The notes under the pieces: generated by a model
The model's input: the letters and a program-made list of their open reading frames with translations, nothing else
The model's database searches: none
What the model was told of the DNA's origin: nothing
Translations under genes and position numbers: made by a program
Source of the DNA: Hemiscyllium ocellatum
Taxonomy: Eukaryota
DNA length: 64,000 bases
Assembly (NCBI RefSeq): GCF_020745735.1
Contig: NC_083409.1
Coordinates: 9,227,534-9,291,533 of the forward strand
Reading direction: 5' to 3'
Part shown: piece by piece, positions 10,790-23,099 of the stretch
Layout: every line of letters begins with the position of its first letter
How positions within the stretch are numbered: position 1 is the first letter of the stretch

Positions 10790-12900
10790 GAGTCATAGAG
10801 ATATACAATGAGGAAACAAACCTTCCGGTCTCACTCGTCCATGCCGACCAGATATCCCAACCCAATCTCGTCCCAGCTGCCAGCACCTGGCCCATATCCC
10901 TCCAAACCCTTCCTATTCACATACCCATCCAGATGCCTTTTAAATGTTGTAATTGTACCAGCCTCCATCACTTCCTCCGGCAGCTCATTCCATAAACGCA
11001 CCACCCGCTGTGCAAAACAGTTGCCCCTTAAGTCTCTTTTATATCTTTCCCCTCTCACCCTAAACCTATGCGCTCCAGTTCTGGGCTCTGCTACCCCAGG
11101 GAAAAGTCTTTGTCTATCTATCCTATCCAAGCTCCTCATAATTTTATAAACCTCTATAAGGCTACTCCTCAACCTACAACCTTCCAGGGAGAATAGCCCT
11201 GGCCTACTTAACCTCTCCCTGTAGCTCAAACCCTCCAACCCTGGCAACATTCTTTTAAATCTTCTCTGAATCTTTTCAAGTTTCACAACTTCTGATAGGA
11301 GGGAAAAGAGAATTCTACACAATATTCCAAAACTGGCCGAACCAATGTCCTGTTCAGCCACAACATGACCTCCCAACTCCTGGACTCAATACTCTGAACA
11401 ATAACGGAAAGCATACCAAGCGGCTTCTTCACTATCCCATCTGCCTGCGATTCTACTTTCAAGGAACTCCAATGTCTTTTTGTTCAGCAACTCTCTCTCA
11501 GACCTTGCCATTAAGTGTATCAGTCCTGCTAAGATTTGCTTTCCCAGAATGCAGCATTTATCTAAATCAAACTCCACCTGCCACTCCTCAGCCCATTGGC
11601 TCATCTGATCATGATCCTGTTGTAATCTTGAGATTTAAATTAGATTATTTTACAGCATGGAAACAGGCCCTTCAACCCAGACCCATTTCCACTACATTTA
11701 CCTCACGCTATGGGCAATTTAGCATAGCCAATTCACCTAACATGAACATTTTTAGAATGTGGGAGGAAACTGGAGCACCAGGAGGAAACCCACGCAGACA
11801 AGGGGAGAATGTGCAGACTCCACGCAGTCAGTCGCCTGAGGCAGGAATTGACCCTGGGTCTCTGGTGCTGTGAGGAAACAGTGCTAACCACTGTGCCACC
11901 GTGCCGTCCACCAATCTGAGGTAACCTTCCTCGCTGTCCACTACACCTCCAATTTTGGTGTCATCTGAAGCACCTCTTAGCCACCCATCCAAATCGTTTA
12001 TATAAATGACGAAAAGTAGTCGTCCCAGCACTGATCCTTTTGGCACTCCACTGGTCACAGGCCTCCAATCTGCAAAACAACCCTCCATCACCACTCTCTG
12101 TCTTCTACCTTTGAGCCAGTTCTATATCCAAATGGCTCACTCTCCATGAGATCTAACCTTGCTCACCAGTCTCCCATGGGCAATCTTGTTGAATGCCTTA
12201 CTGAAGTTCATATAGATTATGTCTACCATTCTGCCCTCATCAATCCTCTTTGTTACTTCTTCAATAAACTCAATCAAGTTTGTGAGACATGATTTCCCAC
12301 ACGCAAAGGCATGTTGACTATCCATAATCAGTCTTTGCCTTTCCAAATATATGTACATCCTGTCCATCAGAATTCCCTCCAACAACTTGCCCACCACTGA
12401 CATCAGGCTCACTGGTCTATAGTTCCCTGGCTTGTCCTTACCACCTTTCTTCAACTGTGGCACCACATTAGCCAACTTCCATACTTCCAGCACCTCACCT
12501 GTGACTATTGATGATACAATTATCTCAGCAAGAGGCCCAGCAATTACTTCCCTAGCTTCCCACAGAGTTCTAGGGGACACCCGATCAGATCCAGGTGGAT
12601 TCATACATTTTCGTGCATTTCTCGACATCCAGCACTTCCTCCTCTGTAATATCAACATTTTTCGATGTGTCACCATCTATTTCCCTCCTTTCTAAATCAT
12701 CCATTTCCTTTTCCACAGAAAACACTGATGCAAAATACTCATTCAGTATCTCCCCCATCTCCTGCAGCTCCAAACAAAGGCTGCCTAACTGATCTTTGAG
12801 GGACCTAATCTCTCCCTAGTTACCCTTTTGTCCTTAATGTATTTATAAAGTCCCTTTGGATCTTACTCAACCTTTGCTCGGTAAATTCCAAATTGTCTGA
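10790..12900 (-). mobile_element. CR1-like LINE RT and 3' end, interrupted by a SINE (about 11640-11907)
   Basis: ORF 12137-12676 (PGNYRPVSLMSVVGKLLE…KSCLTNLIEF…FSKAFNKI), FADDTKI-like motif, 3' ORF 10831-11376. Confidence 0.9.
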
Positions 12901-13660
12901 AACAGACTAGTCCATTCTCTTTCCCACACCAAGGAGGAGATGGACAGATTATCCATCAATAATGATTAGGAGGTCATGGGGGGGTGGTCAGAATTGATCA
13001 AACAGATGATGGTTCCTGCAGTTGAATATCCTGCTGGCAGGCTCCAGCCTTTTACACACAGAATGGGGGAAGTATGTACGGTAGGGTGTATATTGTCGGG
13101 CTCCTTGTAATGATCCCTCAGCATCAAGTATCCCTCAGGAGAGGGGAGAGAATGTTTAGGGTCATGAGCTCCATTTCCCAGCCCAGGCAGTTTGTCTCCC
13201 AGTGAATGAATGAGATGCCAATTTGGAATCCAGGTTAGGACAGTCTCTGCTGTGGACCCAGGTCTACAAAAGGCAATTAGAGGTCGAGCTGAAAAGAAAA
13301 ATGATTTGCTGAGAGAGGGGCAGTGGGATTAATTGGATCACTCACAGACATGATGGGCTGAATGGTCTCCTCCTGTGCTAGGGGGAGCAGGTTTAGGACT
13401 GAATTGAGAAGGGACTTCTTCACCCAGAGGGTGGTAAATCTATGGAATTCCCTGCTCAGCGAAGTGGTTGAGGCTTCCTCAGTAAATGTTTTAAAGCTAA
13501 GACAGGTAATTTTTTGAACAGTAAATGAATTAAGCGTTATAGAGAGAGGGTGAGTAGTGGGAGGAGAGGCCATGAAAAGATCCGCCATGATCTTATTGAA
13601 TGGTGGAGTGGGCTTGAGGGGCCAGATTGCCTACTCCTGCTTCTAGTTCTTATGTTCTTA

Positions 13661-14015
13661 TGTGCTGTCAGATTCTGGGGAGTGCAGACCATTCACAGTT
13701 TTCTCCCGTCTCAGTAACAAACGTCCAGCTGCTCCGAGCTCCTTCTTTCACTTCCTCTCTTGGTGAAGTTTCAACCTTGCGATCTGACAGTCTTTGCAGT
13801 TATTTTTTACACTGGGGCTTTCTGCTGTGGTCAGAATCTCTAAAAATAAGTGTCCGATCAGTGACAATCACAGCAGCTAAGAGCAGTCAGGACTGAGGAG
13901 CCAGGCTCACTGGGAAACACATTGGGAAGATCAAAGCCATTCCTCTTCAGCTCCCGGTACAAACTCCATCCCTCTCCCTGAGCACCGTCTGCTGTTCAAC
14001 CAGACTCTTTACAGA
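13661..14015 (-). promoter_or_regulatory. Candidate upstream B-cell enhancer, cluster 1 (RUNX, EICE, E-box)
   Basis: TTTCACTTCC (GGAAGTGAAA on the gene strand) at 13746-13755, CAGCTG at 13726-13731, TGTGGT at 13826-13831; inverted homolog of 38324-38673. Confidence 0.6.
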
Positions 14016-16979
14016 AACAGGATACCTCAGCAGGTCTGGGCGCAGCTGGCGAAAGAAATCAGAGTTAACCTTTTGGGTCGAGTGACCCTTCCTCAGAACA
14101 GTTCTGAAGAATGTTCACGTGTCCCAAAATTTTAACTCTGCTTTCTCTCTGCAGATGGTGCCAGATCTGCCAAGCTTTTCCTGCAATTTCTGTTTTTGTT
14201 TCTCATTTATAACAACCACAGCTTTTTCAGCTTTTATTTAGTATGAGACTCCTTTCAATCTTGGCCTCATCTTTGAGGCTGATGTGAGCCCCAAACCCTC
14301 CACATCACAGAGATTACTCACTGAAAATCTCAGCGATTGCTTTGGGACCCCAAACATGATCATTCTAATGTTATCCTGGGACACATCACAGCCATGCCCA
14401 CTGTAAACTTCAGCTCATCCCAAACTCTGCTGCCTGTATCCAAACTCGCACCAAATCCCATCTACATCCCCCACCGTCCTCACTGAGCGACATTGGCTCC
14501 CAGTCCATCAACACCTCAATTTTCAAATCTTCCTCCTTGTTCTGAAGTCCCTCCCTGACCATCCACCCTCCCCATCTCTGTAACCTCCTCCCAGCTAGCT
14601 CAATCAGTGTGGTCAGCAATCTTGGATATATGGCTCTCTATTCCTTCATCCAAATCATTGAGAAATACTGTGGAATGCTAAAGTCCCAGGATGGATCCCT
14701 GGGCACTCCACTATTCACCTCTTGCTCTTTGGAGGACATAAACATTGTCCCTCAACTATGTCTCCTATCTCCAAACTAATTCCTAACACAAGGCAAATGT
14801 GTTTCCTACTTCAATATGTTTCCACGTTGATGAACAGCCTCTTAAACAGAGAAACTCGGAGCAGAAGTATGCCGTTCAGCCCTTCGAGCCTGTTCCACCA
14901 TTCAATATGATCATGGCTGATCAACCAACTCAGTTGCCTGTTCCTGCTTTCTCCCCATAACCTTTGATCCCTTTCATCCTGAGAAAAATATCGTGCCCTT
15001 TCTGGAAAATATCCAGTGATTTGGGCTCAACTGCTTTCAGTGACAGAAACTTCTACAGGCTTCCCACTCACTGAATGAAAACATTTCTCTCCATCTCAGC
15101 CCTAAATGTCCTTTCCTGTATCCTTAAACTGTAATCCTTGGTTCTGGACTCCCTCGTCATCAGGAACATCCTGCCTTGTCCTGTTACAATTTTAGAGTTT
15201 TCAATGTTAGTCCCCTCAATCTTCTAACCTTCAGTGAATATAATCCTAACTGATCCAGTTTCTCATCAGTGCTAATGTGCTAAGTGCTGTCATCCCAGGA
15301 ATCAGTCTGGTAAACCTTCGCTGCCCTCCCTCCACAGCCAGAACATCCTTCCTCAGATAAGGAGACCAAAACTGCACACAATACAATCATAAAATCACAC
15401 AGTACAGAAGAGGCCCTTCGGCCCATTCAACCTGTACCAGCCAAACTACGATAAACCTGCAATCATCCAACTTTCCAACACAAGGCCCATAGCGTTAAAT
15501 ATTATGATATGTCAAGGGTTCATCCAAGTACTTTTTAAAGGTAATCTCACTACCATCCCAGACAATGCAAACCAGACACCCACCACCCTCTGAGTGAAAA
15601 CCTGCTCTTCAAATCCCCTCTAAAGCCTTTCATAGTGAATGTGTGCCAACTCTGAGTAAGGGGAACACCTGCTTTCTATTCATTCAGTTCATTCCCCTCG
15701 TACCCTTATACATCTCTATCAGGTTCCCCTTTCAACTTCTCTGCTTCAGGAAAACAACCCGAGTTTATCCAGCCTATCTTCATCGCTGAAATGCTTCATC
15801 CCAAGCAACATCCTGGTGACTATCCTCTGCACCCCCTCCAGTACAATCCCATCCTTCCGATTGCGTGGTGACCAGAACTGCACACAGTACTCCAGCTGTG
15901 GCCTAACCAAAGTTCTGTACAGCTCCAACATATCCTCCCTGGTCTTCTCATCTGTACCTGAAATGATAAATGCAAGTGTCCCATATAACTTCATAAATAC
16001 CTTATTCATCTGTTACATCTTCCAAAGTTCATCACCTCACATTTATCAGGGGTAAGTTCCATCTGACTCTGATCTGCCTATCTGACCAATCCAGTTAGAT
16101 CCTCCTGTAACCTAAGACCTTCTTCCTCACTGTCAACCATCTGCCAAACCTCGTGCCATCTACAAACTCAGTCATCATCCACTCACCCCCACCCCTCACC
16201 TCTCACATTCTCATCTTCATTGTTTGAATATATCCTGAAAAATAAGGGACCCAGCACTGATCCCTGTGGTATCCCACTGCACACTGGACCCAGTCACAAA
16301 AACAAATTTCTGCCTCCACCCACTGTCTTCCGTCACTGAACCAGTTTTGGTTTGAATATTCCAGGTGTGGACTCACTAAGGCCCCATACAATTACAGCAA
16401 GACATCCCTGATCCTGTACTCAAATCCTCTCACTATAAAGGTAACATCTCATTTACCTTCTGCACTGCCTGCTGCACCTGCACGCTGACTTTCAGTGACT
16501 GGTATACACGGACACAGGCATCTCTGCATCTTCTTCACAGCTCCCCCTCCCACCCAGCTTTGTGTCATCTGCAAACTTGGAGATATTACTCTTAAGTTCC
16601 CTCATCTAAACCATGAACAAATACTGTGAATAGCTGGATCCAGGCCTGTGGTATCCTTTCAGAAAAGAGGTCAGTTTATTTTTACACTTTGTTTCCTGCC
16701 TGCCAACCAGTTCTCTATCCATGTCAGTACACTGCCCACAGTCCCAGGAGTCTTACTTTTATATGCTAATTTCTACTGTGGGAGTTAATAAAAGACTTCT
16801 GAATGTTCCAAATAAATCACATCCATTGTCGCCCTGTCAAATCCACTCATTACATCCTCAAACAATTCCAGTCAATTTGTTCTGCATGATTTCCCTTTCC
16901 ACAAATCATGCTGACTCTGTCTAATCCTATCACTGTCTTCCACGTGCTCAGTGATTAAATCTTTCAAAACGAACTTGTT

Positions 16980-18535
16980 TGGCTGAACTGGTCCTCACCC
17001 TTAACGATTTCTCCTTCGAATCCTCCCACTTCCTCCAGAACAAAGGGGTAGCCCATGGGCACCCATATGGGCCCCAGCTATGCCTGTCTCTTTGTTAGCT
17101 ACGTAGAACAGTCCACCTTCCGTAGTTACACAGGCATCACTCCCCATCTCTTCCTCCGCTACATTGATGACTACATTGGCACCACCTCATGCTCCTGAGA
17201 GGAGGTTGAGCATTTCATCAACTTTACAAACACATTTCACCCCGACCTTAAATTTACCTGGACCATCTCTGACACCTCCCTCCCCTTCCTGGACCTCTCC
17301 ATCTCCATTAATGACAACCGACTGGACACTGACATCTTTTACAATCCCACCAACACCCACAGCTACCTGGATTACACCTCTTCCCACCATACCTCCTGCA
17401 AAAATGTCATCCTGTATTCCCAATTCCTCCGCCTCTGCCATATCTGGTCCCAGGAGGACCAGTTGCACCACAGAACACAACAGATGGCCTGCTTCTTTAG
17501 AGACCACAACTTCTCTTCCCACATGTGTAACGATGCCCTCCAACGCATCTCGTCCACATCCCACACCTCCGCCCTCAAACCCCTCCCCTCCAACCGTAAC
17601 AAGGACAGAACGCCCCTGGTGCTCACCTTCTACCCTACCAACCTTCGCATAAACCACATCATCCGATGACATTTCCGCCACCTCCATATGGACCCCACCA
17701 CCAGGGATATATTTCCCTCCCCACACCTTTCCGCCTTCCGCAAAGACAGTTCCTCCGTGACTATCTGGTCTACCTACGCCCCTCAAAAATCCATCATCCC
17801 TTTCTGGCACGCTCCTCTGCCACCGCAGGAATTGCAAAACTTGCGCACACACATCCTCCCTCACCTCCATCTAAGGCCCCAAAAGAGCCTTCCACATCTA
17901 TCAAATTTTTATCAGCACAGCCACCAATATCATTTATTGTATCCGTTGCTCCCGATGCAGTCTCCTCTATACTGGGGAGACTGGACACCTCCTTGCAGAG
18001 CGCTTTAGGGAACATCTCTGGAACAACCACACCAATCAGCCCCACTGCCCTGAGGCCTAACATTTCAACTCCCCCTCCCACTTTGCCAAGGACATCAAGT
18101 CCTAGGCCTCCTCCACCGCCGCTCCCTCACCACTGGATGCTGTAGGAACAATGCCTCATCTTCCACCTCGGAACACTTCATCCCCTTGGTATCAATATGG
18201 ATTTCAGCAGTTTTTTCATTTCCCCTTCTCCCACCTCACCCCAGCTCCAACTTTCCAGCTCAGCACCGTCCCCATGACCTGTCCAACCTGCCTATTTTCG
18301 TTTCCACCTATCTACTCCACACTCCTCTCTGACTTATCACATCCATCCCACCCTCATTCACGTATTGTATTCTGCGCTACTTTCTGCCCACCCCCACCCC
18401 TCTCTCATTTATCTCTCCACTCTGCAGACACCCTGCCTCTATTACTGATGAAGGGCTTTTGCCCGAAATGATGATTTTCCTGCTCCTTGGTTGCTGCCTG
18501 ACCTGCTGTGCTTTTCCAGCACCACTCTAATCTAG
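16980..18535 (+). mobile_element. Penelope-like element: RT C-terminal part, GIY-YIG and terminus; frameshifted
   Basis: Fragments reading FLRYIDD-like, RNKDRTPLVLTFYPTNLRINHII and a YTGETG-like motif; terminus with CTGATGAAGGGCTTTTGCCCGAAA at about 18446-18469. Confidence 0.85.
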
Positions 18536-19479
18536 ACTTGAGTATTTTGCCCAATACCAACATCAGGCTGACTGGGATAAGATGCCCAGTTACCTCGCTC
18601 CCTCCAATTTTAAATAGTGATGTCACATTAGCAACTCTCCAGTCACTGGGAACTGTTCCAGAATCGATAGAATCTTGAACACCATCTTGGCAATTCCTGA
18701 AGTAATCTGAAGTGTAGGTTATTGGTCCCTGCTGATTTATCAAACTCTAATACCATAAATTTTCGTAAACCATTTCCCTAATAAAACTACTTTTCTTCAG
18801 TTCTGCCCTCTGTCTATACCCTGTCGTCCCAACATGCTTCGAATGTTTTTGAGTTTTCCATTGTGTACAAAGATCGAGAATGCAGCAAAGGCAGAAATTT
18901 CCTTGCCTCTTGTCAGCGATACTTGTCAATATACTTTCATCAAATCAATTTTCGATAGGAATGACGCACTACCCACTATTTCAATGCAAAATTCTGACCT
19001 GGGAATAGGGTACAAATCCATCTTTGTAACTACATTCACTTTCCTATAGTGCACACAGAATTGAATTGAAACATCTGGCTGAGGCACCAAACAAGGGAAT
19101 CTAATTACTCTTACAGTTCAATCAGGGTACCCTCTCTTGTTTGTGATCAGTAATTTGCTGATTTTTAGGTAGTTTGAATAATCCCCAGATCCCTGGTTCT
19201 GCAAATGGGCTTATTTAAAAATGTGAAATGAAGAAAGCAGTCGACAGATTCAGGACAAAAGAATCTCTGTGTTTATTCAATACAAAATGTAAGTATAATA
19301 CAAGAACAAATGCAAATGTAGCAAACAGCAAAACTAACACTATCAATTATACAGAAGACAATAATGAAATACACTGTCAAAATAAACACTGGTAGAAGTG
19401 TTACTAAATTAAACACAGGACGGTAATTAAATACAGTATAAAATTAAACACTGGTTAAACACTATTAGAAGTTAGAGTC

Positions 19480-20135
19480 AAAAAGTGTGGTGCTGGAAAA
19501 GCACAGCAGGTCAGGCAGCATTTGAGGAAAATGAGAATTGATGTTTTGGGCATAAGCCCTTCATCAGGAATATTGAGGCTGGGGAAGGAGGCTGGGAGAC
19601 AAATAGAAGGGTTGGGTGTGGGGATGGAGGGAAGGTAGCTTAGAAGGCGATAGGCCAATACAGGTGAGGGGTGCTAGTGATAAAGTGGAGAGGAGGGTGG
19701 AGAGGATAGGTGGGAATGTTGATTGGAGGATTGGATGTGGGTTGAGGTGGAGAAAGGCGAGATGAGGAGACTGGTGAGGTCGATGTTGATGCCATGTGAT
19801 TGGAGGGTCCCAAGGCGAAAGATAAGGCGTTCTTCTTCCAGTCATTGGATAGCTTTGATTTGGCAGTGGAACAGGCCCAGCATGTCTTTGCATGTCTTTG
19901 GGGGAGTGAGAGCGGGAGTTGAAGTGGCCAGCCACAGGGCAGTGGGGTTATTTAGTGCATGTGACACAGAGATGTTCTCTGAAACGTTTTGTGTGTCCTC
20001 CACTGTCCCCCTCACTACATTCCTGATGAAGAGCTTATGCCCAAAAAGTCATTTCTCCTGTTTCTCGGACCTGCTGTGCTTTTCCAGTGCCACACTTTCC
20101 AACACTGATCTCCAGCATTTGCAGTCCTCACTTTC
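19480..20135 (-). mobile_element. Penelope-like 3' fragment bounded by inverted termini
   Basis: Terminus on the minus strand at about 19480-19570 and an opposite-orientation terminus at about 20015-20135, around a GIY-YIG C-terminal fragment. Confidence 0.75.
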
Positions 20136-20580
20136 TACAATCATAAGCAAAATGGTTTTAATCACAGAAACTTTAATTAGGCTTCCTACCCTTGGGGTCC
20201 GAATACACTGTCACCACCCACCATCCCCTCCCGGCGAGCTCAGAGGGAAACTTTCGGGTCTCAGGATTTTCAGCTCACCACTGAGGAAAGTACAGGTTTA
20301 AAATGTGTCCTGTTGCTTAGGTTCTCATTGTTGGTTCTCTTGGCTCAGAACAGGCCTGTGTCTGGATGGTCTTGTTCAGAGATCGTTTGGTTGGTGTTCC
20401 CACTCTCGGGTGTCCTTTGTTACGATAATGCTCTTGGTTTGGTGCCTGGATTCAGCTTCTGTGTTCGGCCTCTGTTGTTCTTGGTTTTAAAGCTGCTTGT
20501 TGGTAGTGTGTGTTAGTAGGCCGAGGTTGTAAAAGTTAGTTTCAGTCAAGAGAATGTGATCTGGTTGGTGTCCCTTTCAG

Positions 20581-20887
20581 ATTAGATTACTTACAGTGTG
20601 GAAACAGGCCCTTCGGCCCAACAAGTCCACACCGACCCGCCGAAGCGCAACCCACCCATACCCCTACATTACCCATTACCTAACACTACGGGCAAATTAG
20701 CATGGCCAATTCACCTGACCCGCACATCTTTGGACTGTGGGAGGAAACTGGAGCACCCGGAGGAAACCCACGCAGACACGGGGAGAACGTGCAAACTCCA
20801 CACAATCAGTCGCCTGAGTCGGGAATTGAACCCGGGTCTCAGGCGCTGTGAGGCAGCAGTGCTAACCACTGTGCCACCGTGCCGCCC
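20581..20887 (-). mobile_element. Young tRNA-derived SINE (HE1-type); older copies near 9635-9978, 11640-11907, 57340-57630, 58040-58380, 60365-60680 and 60965-61290
   Basis: Reverse complement is nearly identical to 58503-58818, including the A and B boxes. Confidence 0.9.
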
Positions 20888-21924
20888 CAAAGTTGAGGTA
20901 TGAACTGGAATTCCAGGCAGAACAATAGTTCCAGGCAGCCATTTTTTTACAAAAAAATCCAAGGTTTTAGATGATAGTGACTTTAGCTCAATCCTACACA
21001 AGAGAACTCCAATTACGCTGGCAGCTCAATCAATTGATTCTCCAACAAATATTGAACTTCATTTGTTACTTTGGCTTGTTTCTCTGGTTTTAACCAAAAT
21101 GGGTTTTGTTTTATTGGGTCTGAATAACCTACATCCACATCATGTTCGATTAATCTGGGACACCTAAATGTATCTTTTAAAGACCATGTATCAGTGCAGA
21201 GTTAGGCCATTCAGCCCATCACATCTGCTCTGCCATTTGATCATAATTGATTTGTTTGTCAACCCTATTCTCCTGCCTTTTCTCCATTACCCTTGATCCC
21301 TTTAGCAATCAAGAACCTATCTATCTCTGTCTTAAATACACTCAATGACTTGGCCTCCGCAGCATTCTGCGACGATGATTTATGCACAGATTAACCACTC
21401 TCTGGATGAAAAGACTCCTCCTCATCTCCGTTCTAAAGCATGGTCCCTTCACTCTGAGGCTGTGCCCTCAGGTCCCAGTCTCTCTGCCAAGTGGAAACAT
21501 CTTCTCCATGTCTACTCTGTCCAGGCCTCTCAGTATACTGTATGTTTCACTGAGATTCCCACTCATCCTTCCAATCTCCATTGAGTACAGACCGAATACT
21601 GGCCCCAACCACTCCTCATACAAAGTTCTTTGTATTACTGAGCAATCTCACTCTGTCCCTCTGTTGATCTTCCTCCAGATGCAAAAATGCAGTGTCTGAA
21701 TTCTCTAATATCTCTGAATTTGTTCACCTCATAAGAGGAAGTTCACTTTGGAAATTGTCCAATTGTCTTTAGATCTCATGCTTTTTCTCATCCCCTCCTC
21801 CATTATACTCACTAATTGACACACCTGTACACGACTGAATGGTTCCTCAAAAACTGGGAGAGGAATTAAGGATGCTGGTTCAATCACATGTCGAAGTTTA
21901 CCTATAACTTGACGAGTGTTTTTT

Positions 21925-23090
21925 AAAAATTATTCATTTTGTGTAATGTGAGCATCACTGGCTGGCCAGCATTTATTGCTCATCCCCAGTTCAAATCTTT
22001 TGTCCATGTTTGAACCAATCTGTAATGAAACGAGGAGCTGAGTGACCCTGGTGGAACCCAAGCTGGGCATCACTGAGCAGGTTATTGCTGAGCAGGTGCT
22101 GATTGATAGCACTGTTGATGACACGTTCCATCACTTTTCTGATGACTGAGAAGAGACTGATGGGGCGGTAACTGGCTGGCTTGGATTTGTCCTGCTTTGT
22201 ATGTACAAGACATACTTGGACAACTTTCCACATTGTTGGGCAGATGCCATTGTTATAGCTTTCCTGGAACAGCTTGGCTAGAGAAGTAGCAAGTTCTGGA
22301 GGACAAGTCTTCAGTACCATTACCAGAATGTTGTCAGGGTCCATAGCCTTTGCAGTGCCCAGTGCCTCCAACCATTTCTTGATAACACGTGGAGTGAATC
22401 GAATTGATTGAAAATAGTTATCTTTAATGCTGAGGAACACTGTAGGAGGCCAAAATGGATCATGCACTCAGAACTTCTGGCTGAAGATTTCTGCAAAATC
22501 TTCTGCCTTGTTTTTTTTTCCTGATGTGTTGGACTCTTCCATCATTGAAGATGGGGATACTTGTGGAGCCCGCTCAACCAGTGAGATGTTTGATCGTCTA
22601 CCAGTACTCATGACTGGATGTGACAGGACTGCAGAGCTTAGACCTGATCCATTGGTTGTGGGTTGTTTAATACTGTCTATGACTTGCTGCTTCTGCTGCT
22701 TGGCCTGCAAGTAGTCCTGTTTGATGACTTCACCAGGTAAATAACTCATCCTAATGAATGACTGGTGCTGCTCCTGGCATGCCCTCCTGAATTCTCCATT
22801 GAATCAGTGTTGATCCCCTGGTTTGATGATAATGGTTGAGCCGGGGCTGGGGCACAATTCTGCTGCTGTTGATGTCCCAAAGTGCCTCATGGATGCCTAG
22901 TCGTGAGTTGTGAGATTGGTTGTAAGTCTGTCCCAGTTAGCGTGGTGATAGTGCCACACAACGCGATGGAGACTATTCTCAAAGTGAAAGCGGATGTTGG
23001 TCTTCACAAAGACTGTGCAGTGGTCACCCTTACTGATACTGACATGGACAGAAGCATCTGCAGTAGGCAGATTGGTAAAGATGAGTTCAA
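21925..23090 (-). mobile_element. Non-LTR retrotransposon (CR1/L2 group), internally deleted EN+RT with 3' tail
   Basis: ORF 21991-22467: KAMDPDNI…WKVVQVCLVH…YRPISLFSVIRKVME…LLSDAQLGF; tail GCAATAAATGCTGGCCAGCCAGTGATGC. Confidence 0.8.
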
Positions 23091-23099
23091 GTATGTTAC

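Noticed and set aside
20135-20580. Possible LTR or unique exon sequence
   Set aside because: No second copy, no TG…CA/PBS features and no credible reading frame that I could identify.
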